NCBI GenBank assembly: GCA_964577105.1
Contig: CAZNWY010000006.1
Span: 13,370 to 77,369 of the forward strand
Direction of reading: 5' to 3'
Origin: an uncultured Flavobacterium sp.
GTDB taxonomy: Bacteria; Bacteroidota; Bacteroidia; Flavobacteriales; Flavobacteriaceae
Length of the DNA stretch: 64,000 nucleotides
Part shown: one piece after another, positions 10,587 through 20,426 of the stretch
How the letters are laid out: every line of letters begins with the position of its first letter
How positions within the stretch are numbered: position 1 is the first letter of the stretch
Notes under the pieces: generated by a model
Told to the model about the DNA's origin: nothing
Seen by the model: the letters and a program-made list of their open reading frames with translations, nothing else
Databases searched by the model: none
Made by a program: the position numbers and the translations under genes

Positions 10587-10859
10587 TTATTTCTTTTTTG
10601 CTAATGAAGTAATGGCTTCAATATAAAGTTCTTTGCATTCATCTTGAGTAAGATGACTAATTTGCATCCAAGCATTCATTTTAAATGCATTTCTCAAGTC
10701 ATATACAGGATATACTCTACTATTGATTGTTCCATGAGTAGATTGTTTGTATAAAGCATACAAACGCAATTGAACGTCTTGAGGTAACTCGGCTTGAGTC
10801 ATCTTGTTTGCTAGTTCAACAGCTTCATCAAAGCGAATATCTAAATCCTTTTTTTGCAT
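10587..10859 (-). CDS. acyl-CoA-binding protein (ACBP)
   Basis: 90 aa with the pattern F.EAV....K........L.LYALYKQ.T.G...........K..AW typical of ACBP. Confidence 0.8.
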   Translation of the reverse strand: MQKKDLDIRFDEAVELANKMTQAELPQDVQLRLYALYKQSTHGTINSRVYPVYDLRNAFKMNAWMQISHLTQDECKELYIEAITSLAKKK

Positions 10860-11510
10860 TTATTTGGTTGCAATAATTGTTTTATTACCCACGGCTTTCT
10901 GACCGATTTTAATTTGAATATTAGTCCCTAAAGGGAAATATAAATCAACACGAGAACCAAATTTTATAAATCCTGCATCATCACCTTGACGTACATTCAT
11001 ACCTTCTTCTGCATAATTTACAATTCGTTTGGCTAATGCACCAGCAATTTGACGGTACATGATTTCTCCAAAAACTCTATTTTCGATAACAACAGTTGTT
11101 CTTTCGTTCTCGGTACTAGCTTTTGGATGCCAAGCTACTAGGTATTTCCCTGGATGGTATTTGCTGTATTTAACTTTACCACTAGTTGCATAACGCGTAA
11201 CATGCACATTGATGGGTGACATGAATATAGAAACTTGAAGTCGCTTATCTTTAAAATATTCTGGTTCAAATACTTCTTCAATAACTACTACTTTTCCATC
11301 TACTGGAGCTACAATTACATCATCATTTGCTTGTATGCTTCGGTTTGGGTTTCTAAAAAATTGAAGTATGAGTAACAGTAATGCAAGTAATAGATATTGT
11401 ACAGGTTTTAAAATCCAAGGATTTGTAAACACATACGTTGAACCTAAAAGTAGTACAACAAATACTGCTAGTGAGATAAAAATAATTTTCGAACCTTCTT
11501 TATGAAACAT
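10860..11510 (-). CDS. psd: phosphatidylserine decarboxylase proenzyme
   Basis: 216 aa with an N-terminal membrane anchor and a C-terminal FGSRVD self-cleavage-site region. It overlaps cdsA by 11 nt. Confidence 0.85.
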   Translation of the reverse strand: MFHKEGSKIIFISLAVFVVLLLGSTYVFTNPWILKPVQYLLLALLLLILQFFRNPNRSIQANDDVIVAPVDGKVVVIEEVFEPEYFKDKRLQVSIFMSPINVHVTRYATSGKVKYSKYHPGKYLVAWHPKASTENERTTVVIENRVFGEIMYRQIAGALAKRIVNYAEEGMNVRQGDDAGFIKFGSRVDLYFPLGTNIQIKIGQKAVGNKTIIATK

Positions 11511-12324
11511 AATCTAAAATTTGATAAAACAAAAATACAAATGGTGCTACAAATATAACACTATCTAATCGATCTAAAATACCACCATGTCCGGGCATTA
11601 TTTTTCCGCTGTCTTTTACTCCTGCAATTCGTTTGAATTTGGACTCTATTAAATCGCCAAGTGTACTAAAAACACTAATGATTGCAGCACTAATAGTCCA
11701 TATTAAAACAGAAGTTTGATAATAATGTGGTTTGGGTTGGAAGTAATATTTTGAAATTAAAAAGCCTGCTAAAACAGAAAATAGCATGCCTCCAATGAAT
11801 CCTTCGATTGTTTTTTTGGGCGATATTTTTTCTAATAATTTGTGTTTACCTATCGATTTTCCAACGATGTAAGCAAAGGTGTCGTTGGTCCAAATCAAAA
11901 TAAAAATACTGATTACAATTTTTGGTCGGTAGGTGTTATTGGAGAAAGGAATTTTTGCTAATAAGATAAAAGGTAAAATAATATAACCAATGGTGTAAAT
12001 GTATTTTGAAAGCGAATCTATTTTTTCTTTTTTGGTATTAAAAAGTAGCATCAAGCATTTGATGGACACAAAAAGAGTTGCAATCAGAATTAAAATATCA
12101 TTGGTTTTATTGGTTCTGAATTGCGTTCCGAAATAAAAAGCAATTCCACCTAAAAGTAGCGGTGCTATTTTGTTTAATTGCACCAATTGGCTAAACTCAT
12201 AAATCGCAATGAGCATGAATACACCAAATAGTATAAAAAAACTATCGGCAGAGTAGGATGTAGCCCAAAGTAATAGTGTTACATATACTACACCAGAAAG
12301 TAATCTCGTAAGCGATTCGTTCAT
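11500..12324 (-). CDS. cdsA: phosphatidate cytidylyltransferase
   Basis: 274 aa, multi-TM, with the CDS signature SKFKRIAGVKDSGKIMPGHGGILDRLDS. Confidence 0.85.
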   Translation of the reverse strand: MNESLTRLLSGVVYVTLLLWATSYSADSFFILFGVFMLIAIYEFSQLVQLNKIAPLLLGGIAFYFGTQFRTNKTNDILILIATLFVSIKCLMLLFNTKKEKIDSLSKYIYTIGYIILPFILLAKIPFSNNTYRPKIVISIFILIWTNDTFAYIVGKSIGKHKLLEKISPKKTIEGFIGGMLFSVLAGFLISKYYFQPKPHYYQTSVLIWTISAAIISVFSTLGDLIESKFKRIAGVKDSGKIMPGHGGILDRLDSVIFVAPFVFLFYQILDYVS

Positions 12325-12326
12325 TA

Positions 12327-12926
12327 TTATAAATCTTCTAAAAGAAGTAAGTAAAGATTTTTAGCACAACTGCCATAGGTTAGGAAATCTTCTTCCTGTA
12401 CTTTTTCAAAATATTTTATGGTGGTAATATTGGTAGGATAATCTTTATCGTATTTCTTTTTGATGACACGCAATCCATCACTTTTAGATTCCAAAATCTG
12501 ACTGGTTGTAGCTAAAATGACGATATTATCGGGTAATTCGTTTGGTTTTTTATGCTTTATTTGATTGGAAGAAAATAAAACAGAACCTTCGTCGGCAATA
12601 AGATTTTCGCAACTGGCAAAAAAGAACTTAGGTTGAGTAGGATTGGTATACGTTAGTTTATTTTCATCTAATAGATGGAATAGCTTAGGCTCGTAACACA
12701 AGACTTCACTCTCGAACCAATCGTTTTCTTCTAATATGTTTTCAAATTGTTCTTTTACTTCGCTTAGATTTTCACAATAGATGAATTTTCCACCATTTTT
12801 CTTAAAATTGAAGGTGAACAAATCGTCAACTGGAAGATTAGAAGGTTTTGGAGTGTTATATTCACTTTGGTTTTCCTCATCGGAAGCATCGTTGCCTGAA
12901 CCAAATATTTTTCTAAAAAGACTCAT
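12327..12926 (-). CDS. LUD-domain (LutC/YkgG-like) protein
   Basis: 199 aa. The size and C-terminal pattern resemble LUD-domain proteins found between cdsA and ftsH in flavobacteria. This rests on recollection, not a search. Confidence 0.5.
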   Translation of the reverse strand: MSLFRKIFGSGNDASDEENQSEYNTPKPSNLPVDDLFTFNFKKNGGKFIYCENLSEVKEQFENILEENDWFESEVLCYEPKLFHLLDENKLTYTNPTQPKFFFASCENLIADEGSVLFSSNQIKHKKPNELPDNIVILATTSQILESKSDGLRVIKKKYDKDYPTNITTIKYFEKVQEEDFLTYGSCAKNLYLLLLEDL

Positions 12927-12973
12927 ATTGTTGTATAAAATTCTTTATTTATTGCTTGAAAACTTTCAAAGAT

Positions 12974-13016
12974 AAAAAAATCTTAATTCAAAAACATTTT
13001 TTGAATTAAGATTTTT
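12974..13016 (-). terminator. long AT-rich hairpin; likely terminator of the ftsH transcript
   Basis: AAAAATCTTAATTCAA (12976-12991) / TTGAATTAAGATTTTT (13001-13016), perfect arms, about 170 nt downstream of the ftsH stop. Confidence 0.6.
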
Positions 13017-13183
13017 ATTAAAGACTTAAAATATGTTGTTAAAAGCTGTTACAATAACAACTGTAATTCACCAATGACTATTATTAATACTATTAATTTG
13101 TCATTTTTACTGGTTCAAGAGTTTTTAACTAGCAGACTCTAAAACACATGTAATCAAAGTGTTAATAGCTTAGTTGTTTCTGT

Positions 13184-15121
13184 TTAGCTTTCAACAGTTA
13201 CATCGGCTAAATCTTCGTTGTCTTTTTTGAATGGACGTTTGCCAAAAATAGTTTCTAAATCATCTTTAAAAATTACTTCTTTCTCTATCAAGATATCGGC
13301 AAGTTCTAGCAATTTATCTTTATTTTCTTTCAGAATATCGATAGCTCTTTGGTATTGTCCTTCAATCAACGATGAAATTTCTTTGTCAATAGTGATAGCG
13401 GTATCTTCAGAATAAGGTTTGCTGAAATTGTACTCACTTTGCCCCGAAGAATCATAATAGGTAACATTTCCTAATTTGTCATTCAGACCATAGATAGTTA
13501 CCATTGCTCGTGCTTGTTTAGTCACTTTCTCTAAATCAGATAAAGCACCTGTAGATATAGTGTCAAATATTACTTTTTCTGCAGCACGACCACCCATAGT
13601 AGCACACATTTCATCAAGCATTTGGTCTGGTCTTACAATTTGTCTTTCTTCAGGCAAATACCATGCGGCACCTAAGCTTTGCCCACGAGGAACAATAGTT
13701 ACTTTAATCAGTGGTGCAGCGTGTTCGAGCATCCAACTTACCGTAGCATGACCTGCTTCGTGAACTGCAATAGCTCTTTTTTCTTCGGGTGTAACGATTT
13801 TATTTTTCTTTTCTAAGCCACCTACAATTCTGTCTACTGCATCTAGAAAATCTTGTTTGTCTACAGCCGTTTTGTTGTTTCTTGCAGCAATCAAAGCAGC
13901 TTCGTTACAAACGTTTGCAATATCGGCACCTGAGAATCCCGGTGTTTGTTTTGCTAAAAATTCGGTATCTAAACCTTCTACTTTTTTAAGTGGTGCCAAA
14001 TGCACTTCAAAGATTTCTTTTCTTTCGCGAATGTCTGGTAAATCGACATAAATTTGTCTGTCAAAACGACCAGCACGCATTAACGCTTTATCAAGAACAT
14101 CGGCTCTGTTAGTAGCTGCTAATACAATTACGTGAGTATTAGTTCCAAAACCATCCATTTCTGTTAGCAACTGATTTAATGTGTTTTCACGTTCGTCGTT
14201 TCCACCAGAAAAGTTATTTTTTCCTCTAGCTCTACCCACAGCATCAATTTCGTCAATAAAAATGATAGCAGGAGATTTTTCTTTGGCTTGTTTGAATAAA
14301 TCTCTCACACGAGAAGCACCTACACCAACAAACATTTCCACAAAATCGGAACCTGATAATGAGAAGAAAGGTACTTTAGCTTCGCCAGCAACGGCTTTAG
14401 CTAATAGCGTTTTTCCAGTTCCTGGAGGGCCAACTAATAAAGCTCCTTTAGGTATTTTACCTCCTAAAACGGTATATTTTTCTGGGTTTTTTAAGAATTC
14501 TACAATTTCTTGTACTTCTTCTTTGGCACCTTCTAATCCGGCAACATCTTTAAAAGTTGTTTTAACTTCAGAGTTTTCATCAAATAATTTAGCTCTAGAT
14601 TTTCCGATATTGAAGATTTGACCGCCACCACCACCAGCGCCACCGCCAGACATTCTTCGCATTAAATAAATCCAAACTCCAATAATTAGGATGAATGGTA
14701 ATATTTGGAAGAATACGCCCGACCAATCGTCTTTAACTTTAAAGTCATACGATTTTAATTTGTGTTCCGATTGTGCCTTGATTAATTTGTTTTCAAAATT
14801 TTGAGCATCTGCAAATTCAAAAGTGTAATGTGGACCTTTATTAACACCACCAAAAAGCGGATCTTTAGCCACTTTTTTATTGGCCTTATCCTTTAAAGCT
14901 GCAGGCGTTAAAAATGCTTCTGCTTCTACTTTGTTATAAATGATAACCTTATCAATTTGACCTTTGTCTAAAAGTTCATAAAATTTTGAAGATGTAATTT
15001 TAGATGGGTCTTGCATACCACCATTGTTAAATATGTTTAGAAGAATAAACATAAAAATTATGGCTGCCGAAATCCACCAAGGACTAAATTTTAGCCCACC
15101 TGATTTTTTGTTTTCTGACAT
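13184..15121 (-). CDS. ftsH: ATP-dependent zinc metalloprotease FtsH
   Basis: 645 aa with two N-terminal TM helices, Walker A GPPGTGKT, Walker B IIFIDEID and the zinc motif HEAGHA. Confidence 0.95.
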   Translation of the reverse strand: MSENKKSGGLKFSPWWISAAIIFMFILLNIFNNGGMQDPSKITSSKFYELLDKGQIDKVIIYNKVEAEAFLTPAALKDKANKKVAKDPLFGGVNKGPHYTFEFADAQNFENKLIKAQSEHKLKSYDFKVKDDWSGVFFQILPFILIIGVWIYLMRRMSGGGAGGGGGQIFNIGKSRAKLFDENSEVKTTFKDVAGLEGAKEEVQEIVEFLKNPEKYTVLGGKIPKGALLVGPPGTGKTLLAKAVAGEAKVPFFSLSGSDFVEMFVGVGASRVRDLFKQAKEKSPAIIFIDEIDAVGRARGKNNFSGGNDERENTLNQLLTEMDGFGTNTHVIVLAATNRADVLDKALMRAGRFDRQIYVDLPDIRERKEIFEVHLAPLKKVEGLDTEFLAKQTPGFSGADIANVCNEAALIAARNNKTAVDKQDFLDAVDRIVGGLEKKNKIVTPEEKRAIAVHEAGHATVSWMLEHAAPLIKVTIVPRGQSLGAAWYLPEERQIVRPDQMLDEMCATMGGRAAEKVIFDTISTGALSDLEKVTKQARAMVTIYGLNDKLGNVTYYDSSGQSEYNFSKPYSEDTAITIDKEISSLIEGQYQRAIDILKENKDKLLELADILIEKEVIFKDDLETIFGKRPFKKDNEDLADVTVES

Positions 15122-15135
15122 TATTTATTGTGCTT

Positions 15136-15507
15136 TTAGTATTTGTTTTCTAGTGTTGTAATTTTGGCATCACCCCATAGGTCTTCAATGTTGTAGTAAT
15201 CGCGAATTTCTTTCTGAAAAACATGAACTACGATGCTCACATAATCCATCAATACCCATTCTGCGTTGTCTGTACCTTCAACGTGCCAAGGTTTGTCTTT
15301 GAGTTCTTTGGAAACTATTTTTTGAACCGAATTGACGATTGCATTCACTTGCGTGTTCGAAGAACCATTGCAAATCACAAAATAATCGCAAACAGCTGTG
15401 TCTATTGTTCTTAAATCAAGAATAACAATGTCATTCCCTTTTACTTCTTCTATTCCTTTAATGATGCTTGTTAACAAAACATCGGTACTAACTGTCTTTT
15501 TTGCCAT
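15136..15507 (-). CDS. rsfS: ribosome silencing factor RsfS
   Basis: 123 aa matching the RsfS/Iojap pattern (DYFVICNG.S..Q..AI ... W.L.DY..IVVHVF). Confidence 0.85.
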   Translation of the reverse strand: MAKKTVSTDVLLTSIIKGIEEVKGNDIVILDLRTIDTAVCDYFVICNGSSNTQVNAIVNSVQKIVSKELKDKPWHVEGTDNAEWVLMDYVSIVVHVFQKEIRDYYNIEDLWGDAKITTLENKY

Positions 15508-15600
15508 CTAAATTTTATATAATTTGCAAAGGTATCAAAATTTGTCATTATTTTTGATGCTTAACATAAGTTTAAATACTGTTTTACAAAAATTAATTTC

Positions 15601-16332
15601 ATGAAAGTAATCAAACTCGATGCCATAGATTCTACTAACGATTTTTTAAAAGAATTGTCAAAGAAACAAGTGGTAGATAACTTTACCATTGTCGTAACGC
15701 AAAATCAGACCAAAGGAAAAGGTCAAATGGGCGCTACTTGGAATTCTGAAATGGGCAAGAATCTAATTGTGAGTATTTTGATTAAAGATGTTTTGAAAAA
15801 CACGGATGCTATTTTTCACTTGAACATAGCCGTAGCTCTATCTGTAATTCATGTTTTAGAAGAATATAACTTACCTAAATTAAGCATTAAATGGCCAAAC
15901 GACATAATGTCAGACAACAAGAAATTGTGTGGCATTTTGATTGAAAATAGCTTTAAATCTGACAGTAGCATTGAATCGATTGTCGGAATCGGTTTGAATG
16001 TGAATCAAACAACATTCAACAATTTACCAAAAGCATCATCAATGGCGGTAATCATGCAAAAAGAGTTTGACTTAGAGACTCTTTTAGATAGAATGCTTTT
16101 TTACATCAAAAAGAATTGTAGTTTGATTGCCTCTCATCAAGAAATTAAACTATGGAATGACTTTCACAATCATTTGTTCAAATTGAATGTGCCGATGCCT
16201 TTTGAAGACGCCAACCAAAATCGTTTCATGGGAATTATTCAAGGTGTAACTGAAGAAGGAAAATTAGAAGTTGCCTTAGAAAACGACGTTGTTAAAACCT
16301 ATGGAATCAAAGAAATACAAATGTTATTTTAA
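15601..16332 (+). CDS. birA: biotin--[acetyl-CoA-carboxylase] ligase (group I, no HTH)
   Basis: 243 aa with the GKGQMGATW motif (GRGRxGRxW type) and KWPNDI. Confidence 0.85.
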   Translation: MKVIKLDAIDSTNDFLKELSKKQVVDNFTIVVTQNQTKGKGQMGATWNSEMGKNLIVSILIKDVLKNTDAIFHLNIAVALSVIHVLEEYNLPKLSIKWPNDIMSDNKKLCGILIENSFKSDSSIESIVGIGLNVNQTTFNNLPKASSMAVIMQKEFDLETLLDRMLFYIKKNCSLIASHQEIKLWNDFHNHLFKLNVPMPFEDANQNRFMGIIQGVTEEGKLEVALENDVVKTYGIKEIQMLF

Positions 16333-16429
16333 TGATTTTTTTACTAAATACATGACGAATATCATTTAGAGCCTGTATTTTTATTCCGAAATTTGATGTA
16401 ATTAATAGAACAATTTAAAACTAAAGATT

Positions 16430-18559
16430 ATGGCAAATTTTGATAGTAAACACATTAAAAATGTTGTTTTAGTTGGACACACGGGTAGTGGTAAAACCAC
16501 TCTAATAGAATCTATGCTTTTTGAAGCCGGTTTAATCAATAGAAGAGGAACCGTTTTAGATAAAAATACTGTTTCAGATTATACCGATATTGAGCATGAA
16601 AAAGGCAAAACTTTTTTCTCAAAATTGGTAAACACAAAATGGAAAGGATACAAAATTAATCTATTGGATACACCAGGATACGATGATTTTGCTGGAGAAA
16701 TTATCGGCGCTATGCGTGTAGCTGATTGTGGTGTTATGTTACTAAATTCGGCTATGGGTGTTGAAGTAGGAACCGATATTATTTGGACCTACACCGACGA
16801 ATACAAACTTCCAATGTTATTAGCCGTTAATCATTTGGATAATAATGCATCGGATTTTGATAAAACCGTGAAAGAAGCCCAATCGCATTTTGGAAATAAT
16901 GTTGTTGTGGTGCAATATCCCGTAAATCAGGGCGAAAAATTTGATGCTATCATCGATGTTTTAAACATGGTAATGTATCAATATCCACAAGAGGGAGGAA
17001 AACCTCAAAAACTTCCAATTCCAGATTCTGAAAAAGAAAAAGCCAACCAATTGCATCAAGAATTGATAGAAACCATTGCGGGTAACGACGAAACGTTGAT
17101 GGAACGTTACTTCGAAAAAGGTGAATTAGACGAAGATGAAATGAAATTAGGTTTGCATCATTCGTTAATCAAACATGAAATTTTCCCAGTCTTCTGTGTT
17201 TCTGCAAAGAAAAATATGGGTTGTGGAAGAGTCATGAGTTTTATTGATAATGTATGTCCTTTTGCCTATGAAATGCCAAAACAAAAAACTATAGATGGTA
17301 AAGAAATAGAATGCAGTGAGCAAGGTTCAACCGCTATATTTATATACAAAACCTTATCAGAACCACATATTGGAGATTTAAGTTTTTTCAAAGTTTTATC
17401 AGGTAAAGTAAAAGTAGGAGATGAGTTGACCAATGAAAATACAGGCCAACAAGAGCGCATCAATCAATTGTATGAAGTAGAAGGAAGTAAACGAACACCA
17501 GTTCAAGAATTGGTTGCCGGTGATATTGGTGCAACTTTAAAACTCAAAGATACCCACATCAATAATACGTTACACGAAAAAGGAAAACCTATTGAAATCG
17601 TTCCGATTCAGTTTCCAAATCCAACGTTAACTATTGCAGTTGAAGGTACTAAGAAAGGTGAAGAAGAAAAACTTTCTGTGGCACTACATCAATTGGTAGA
17701 AGAAGATCCAACTATCAAAGTGGAAATTTCGGCCGAGTTAAAACAAACATTGATTCATTGTCATGGCGAATTGCATTTGACAGTAATTAAATGGAAATTG
17801 GAAAATGCTTATAAATTATCCGTTGAGTTTAAAGCTCCTAAAATACCTTACAGAGAAACGATTCGCAAAAGTGCAGATACCGTTTATAGACATAAAAAAC
17901 AATCAGGCGGTGCGGGTCAGTTTGCCGAAGTGTCTATGAAAATAGAACCTTGGTATGATGGAATGGAGGAGCCAAAAGGTTATAATATTCGAGGTAAAGA
18001 AGAACACGATTTGCCTTGGGGCGGAAAATTAGTTTACTATAATTGTATTGTTGGTGGCGCCATTGATGCTCGTTTTCATCCTTCTATTTTAAAAGGAATC
18101 ATGGAAAAAATGAACGAAGGTCCGCTTACAGGCTCTTATGTTCGCGATATTCGAGTAATTCTCTATGATGGAAAAATGCACTCTGTTGATAGCAATGATT
18201 TGGCCTTTAAAACTGCCGGAATGATGGCATTCAAAGAAAATTTCCACCAAGCAGATCCTCAATTATTAGAGCCATTTTATCATATAACTATTTATACTCC
18301 AGAAGAATTAACAGGTACCATAATGAGTAACATGCAAACGCATAGAGCTGTTGTAGAAGGAATGGATTCAGAAGGTCAATTCTCTATTATTAGAGCACAA
18401 ATTCCTTTTGCAGAAACCCATCAATTTACCAGCGATTTACGTTCTCTAACACAAGGAAGAGCTCGATTTACATTGGCATTTAGTCATTATGAAGCCGTTC
18501 CTTTTGATTTACAAAAAAGACTTGTTTCCGAGTTCAAACAGGAAACTGAGTTAGTTTAA
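16430..18559 (+). CDS. elongation factor G paralog (EF-G-2-like subfamily)
   Basis: 709 aa, five-domain EF-G length. G1 is GHTGSGKT (not the canonical AHIDAGKT) and G3 is DTPGYDDF. Confidence 0.85.
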   Translation: MANFDSKHIKNVVLVGHTGSGKTTLIESMLFEAGLINRRGTVLDKNTVSDYTDIEHEKGKTFFSKLVNTKWKGYKINLLDTPGYDDFAGEIIGAMRVADCGVMLLNSAMGVEVGTDIIWTYTDEYKLPMLLAVNHLDNNASDFDKTVKEAQSHFGNNVVVVQYPVNQGEKFDAIIDVLNMVMYQYPQEGGKPQKLPIPDSEKEKANQLHQELIETIAGNDETLMERYFEKGELDEDEMKLGLHHSLIKHEIFPVFCVSAKKNMGCGRVMSFIDNVCPFAYEMPKQKTIDGKEIECSEQGSTAIFIYKTLSEPHIGDLSFFKVLSGKVKVGDELTNENTGQQERINQLYEVEGSKRTPVQELVAGDIGATLKLKDTHINNTLHEKGKPIEIVPIQFPNPTLTIAVEGTKKGEEEKLSVALHQLVEEDPTIKVEISAELKQTLIHCHGELHLTVIKWKLENAYKLSVEFKAPKIPYRETIRKSADTVYRHKKQSGGAGQFAEVSMKIEPWYDGMEEPKGYNIRGKEEHDLPWGGKLVYYNCIVGGAIDARFHPSILKGIMEKMNEGPLTGSYVRDIRVILYDGKMHSVDSNDLAFKTAGMMAFKENFHQADPQLLEPFYHITIYTPEELTGTIMSNMQTHRAVVEGMDSEGQFSIIRAQIPFAETHQFTSDLRSLTQGRARFTLAFSHYEAVPFDLQKRLVSEFKQETELV

Positions 18560-18577
18560 TTTTGTTCTATTATTAAG

Positions 18578-18606
18578 AAAACCACGCTTTTAGGGGCGTG
18601 GTTTTT
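18578..18606. terminator. bidirectional rho-independent terminator
   Basis: AAAACCACGC / GCGTGGTTTT hairpin between the EF-G paralog (+) and the convergent minus-strand gene. Confidence 0.75.
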
Positions 18607-18629
18607 GATTTTATAAAAAGTAAAAACAA

Positions 18630-19022
18630 TTACAATTTAGACATGTTGTTGGCTAAAGTTTCTATAAATTTAGTGATAGGACCTTTAATCATCATTGCCA
18701 TCATAGGATTGAAATCGCCTTCAAAATCTAATTTTACAGTGCTAGAATTTTCAGTAATAGCATCAATACTTGCCACCAATGTAAATGGTAATTTGTCACT
18801 AGCTGCAGCAAGATTTACCTTAGAATAAGGAATTCCTTCTTTCAATCTCAATTTAATTTCAGGCATTCCTTTCAAACCAAAGTTAAAAATATCGGCACCA
18901 AGAACTTCAAACTTAGCGATATTTTCAGGCATTAATTTTTCAAAATTTTTCACATCTGATAATTGTGTGTACAAATACTCAGCTGATTTTTCTACAGTAA
19001 CTTTTGGACTTTCTAAGTTCAT
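18630..19022 (-). CDS. SRPBCC/START-like small protein
   Basis: 130-aa ATG ORF. Its size and alternating beta/helix pattern resemble SRPBCC proteins. Weak call. Confidence 0.45.
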   Translation of the reverse strand: MNLESPKVTVEKSAEYLYTQLSDVKNFEKLMPENIAKFEVLGADIFNFGLKGMPEIKLRLKEGIPYSKVNLAAASDKLPFTLVASIDAITENSSTVKLDFEGDFNPMMAMMIKGPITKFIETLANNMSKL

Positions 19023-19113
19023 ATATTTATTTTTTTATGAGAGAAAAGAAAATAGAATAATGACAATCCGTCTATACTCTATTTTCTATATTCTTTATTC
19101 TTGTTTCTATTAT

Positions 19114-19755
19114 TTACACATTCCAAGTAGAGGGACTTTTACGCCATTCTTGTAATGTTTTTTGTTCGTTTTCAGTAATATATTTTTTTTCTACCGCCAA
19201 TTCTAAAAGGTGTTCGTAGTTGCTCAACGTATTCAAATTCACATTAGCGTTTTTAAAGTTTTCATCGGCAACATCAAATCCGTACGAAAAAATAGCAATC
19301 ATTCCTTTTACATTAGCACCAGCTGCTTTCAAGGCTTCTACTGCTTGAAGACTGCTGTTTCCTGTCGAAATTAAATCTTCAACTACCACTACATTTTGAC
19401 CTTTTTGCAAAAAACCTTCTACTTGATTTTGTCTTCCATGCTTTTTTGGTTCAGGTCTAACGTATACAAATGGTAGTCCAAGTTCTTCTGCAACGAGAAT
19501 TCCAATCCCAATTGCACCAGTGGCAACGCCTGCAATAACATCGGGTTTGCCATAAATTTCTTCAATTTGTTTGGCAAATTCATCGCGAATGTAATTTCTA
19601 ATCGCTGGAAATGAAAGCGTTAGTCGGTTGTCGCAGTAAATTGGCGAATTCCAACCCGAAGCCCATTTAAAAGGATTTGACGGATTCAATTTAATTGCAT
19701 TTATTTGTAAAAGCAATTCGGCTGTTTTTTCGGCTGTTTCTTTATTAAAAATCAT
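19114..19755 (-). CDS. pyrE: orotate phosphoribosyltransferase
   Basis: 213 aa with the PRPP-binding motif VVVVEDLISTGNS. Confidence 0.9.
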   Translation of the reverse strand: MIFNKETAEKTAELLLQINAIKLNPSNPFKWASGWNSPIYCDNRLTLSFPAIRNYIRDEFAKQIEEIYGKPDVIAGVATGAIGIGILVAEELGLPFVYVRPEPKKHGRQNQVEGFLQKGQNVVVVEDLISTGNSSLQAVEALKAAGANVKGMIAIFSYGFDVADENFKNANVNLNTLSNYEHLLELAVEKKYITENEQKTLQEWRKSPSTWNV

Positions 19756-19762
19756 ACTACAA

Positions 19763-19918
19763 ATGTATAAAGTTTTTGTGAACGATAAACCACTTTTTTT
19801 GACAAATGAAGTCGCTAAAGAAACCGATTTTCAATTGTTCTTGCTTGAAAGTGTTGACATAGAACAGCTTATTGTTAAAATGTTCAACAATAAAATTGAG
19901 AAAGCTTATTTGTACTAG
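19763..19918 (+). pseudogene. N-terminal fragment of the Nudix gene, ended by an in-frame TAG
   Basis: The ATG at 19763 opens 51 codons (MYKVFVNDKPLFLTNE...KIEKAYLY) ending at TAG 19916-19918. This is the same frame as the Nudix ORF downstream. Confidence 0.45.
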
Positions 19919-19984
19919 CCAGACGAAAAAGAAATCCTTAAAAAAGTTAAGGAAAAAATTCCTGTTTGCAAAGCTGGAGGCGGA

Positions 19985-20374
19985 TTGGTGTATAATAAAA
20001 AAGGTGAAGTTTTATTCATTTTTAGAAATGGAAAATGGGATTTACCCAAAGGTGGTACTGAAAAAGGCGAAATTATTGAAGCCACAGCCATGAGAGAAGT
20101 TGAAGAAGAAACAGGCGTGAATCAATTGAAAATTACCAGAAAACTTCAAAAAACCTATCATATTTTCAAACGCAACGGAAAATATAAATTGAAAATCACA
20201 CATTGGTTTGAAATGCAATCTAACTTTGAGGGAAATCCAATTGGTCAGCTAGAAGAAGGTATAGAAAAAGTAGCTTGGCTCAATCCTGAAGAGATTAAGC
20301 AAGCGCTACAAAATTCGTATGAGAATATAAAATTGTTATTTGTAGAAGAAAATACGATTCATACTTCAAAATAA
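19985..20374 (+). CDS. Nudix hydrolase (core domain; only a TTG start is available)
   Basis: Nudix box GGTEKGEIIEATAMREVEEETGV. The ORF starts at a TTG that lies inside the first beta-strand region. Confidence 0.6.
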   Translation: MVYNKKGEVLFIFRNGKWDLPKGGTEKGEIIEATAMREVEEETGVNQLKITRKLQKTYHIFKRNGKYKLKITHWFEMQSNFEGNPIGQLEEGIEKVAWLNPEEIKQALQNSYENIKLLFVEENTIHTSK

Positions 20375-20414
20375 TAAAACTTCTCATTCGTAATTTTTTA
20401 ATCCGAATTGCGAT

Positions 20415-20422
20415 TACCTTTG
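20415..20422 (+). promoter_or_regulatory. -7 promoter motif (TAnnTTTG) abutting the helicase start codon
   Basis: TACCTTTG lies 4 nt before the ATG at 20427. Confidence 0.45.
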
Positions 20423-20426
20423 CAGA

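Noticed and set aside
13218-14621. Four plus-strand ORFs (13218-13415, 13560-13751, 13857-14051, 14181-14621) antisense to ftsH.
   Set aside because: These are antisense shadow ORFs of a highly conserved gene. The Ser/Leu/Pro-rich translations contain no motifs.
18598-19155. Plus-strand ORFs 18598-18828 and 18967-19155.
   Set aside because: They overlap the minus-strand SRPBCC-like gene, the terminator and the pyrE 3' end. They have hydrophobic low-information translations and no start context.
19872-20093. 73-aa plus-strand ORF overlapping the Nudix region in another frame.
   Set aside because: It is out of frame with the recognisable Nudix box and its Lys-rich low-complexity product matches nothing. 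The in-frame TAG interpretation explains the region better.
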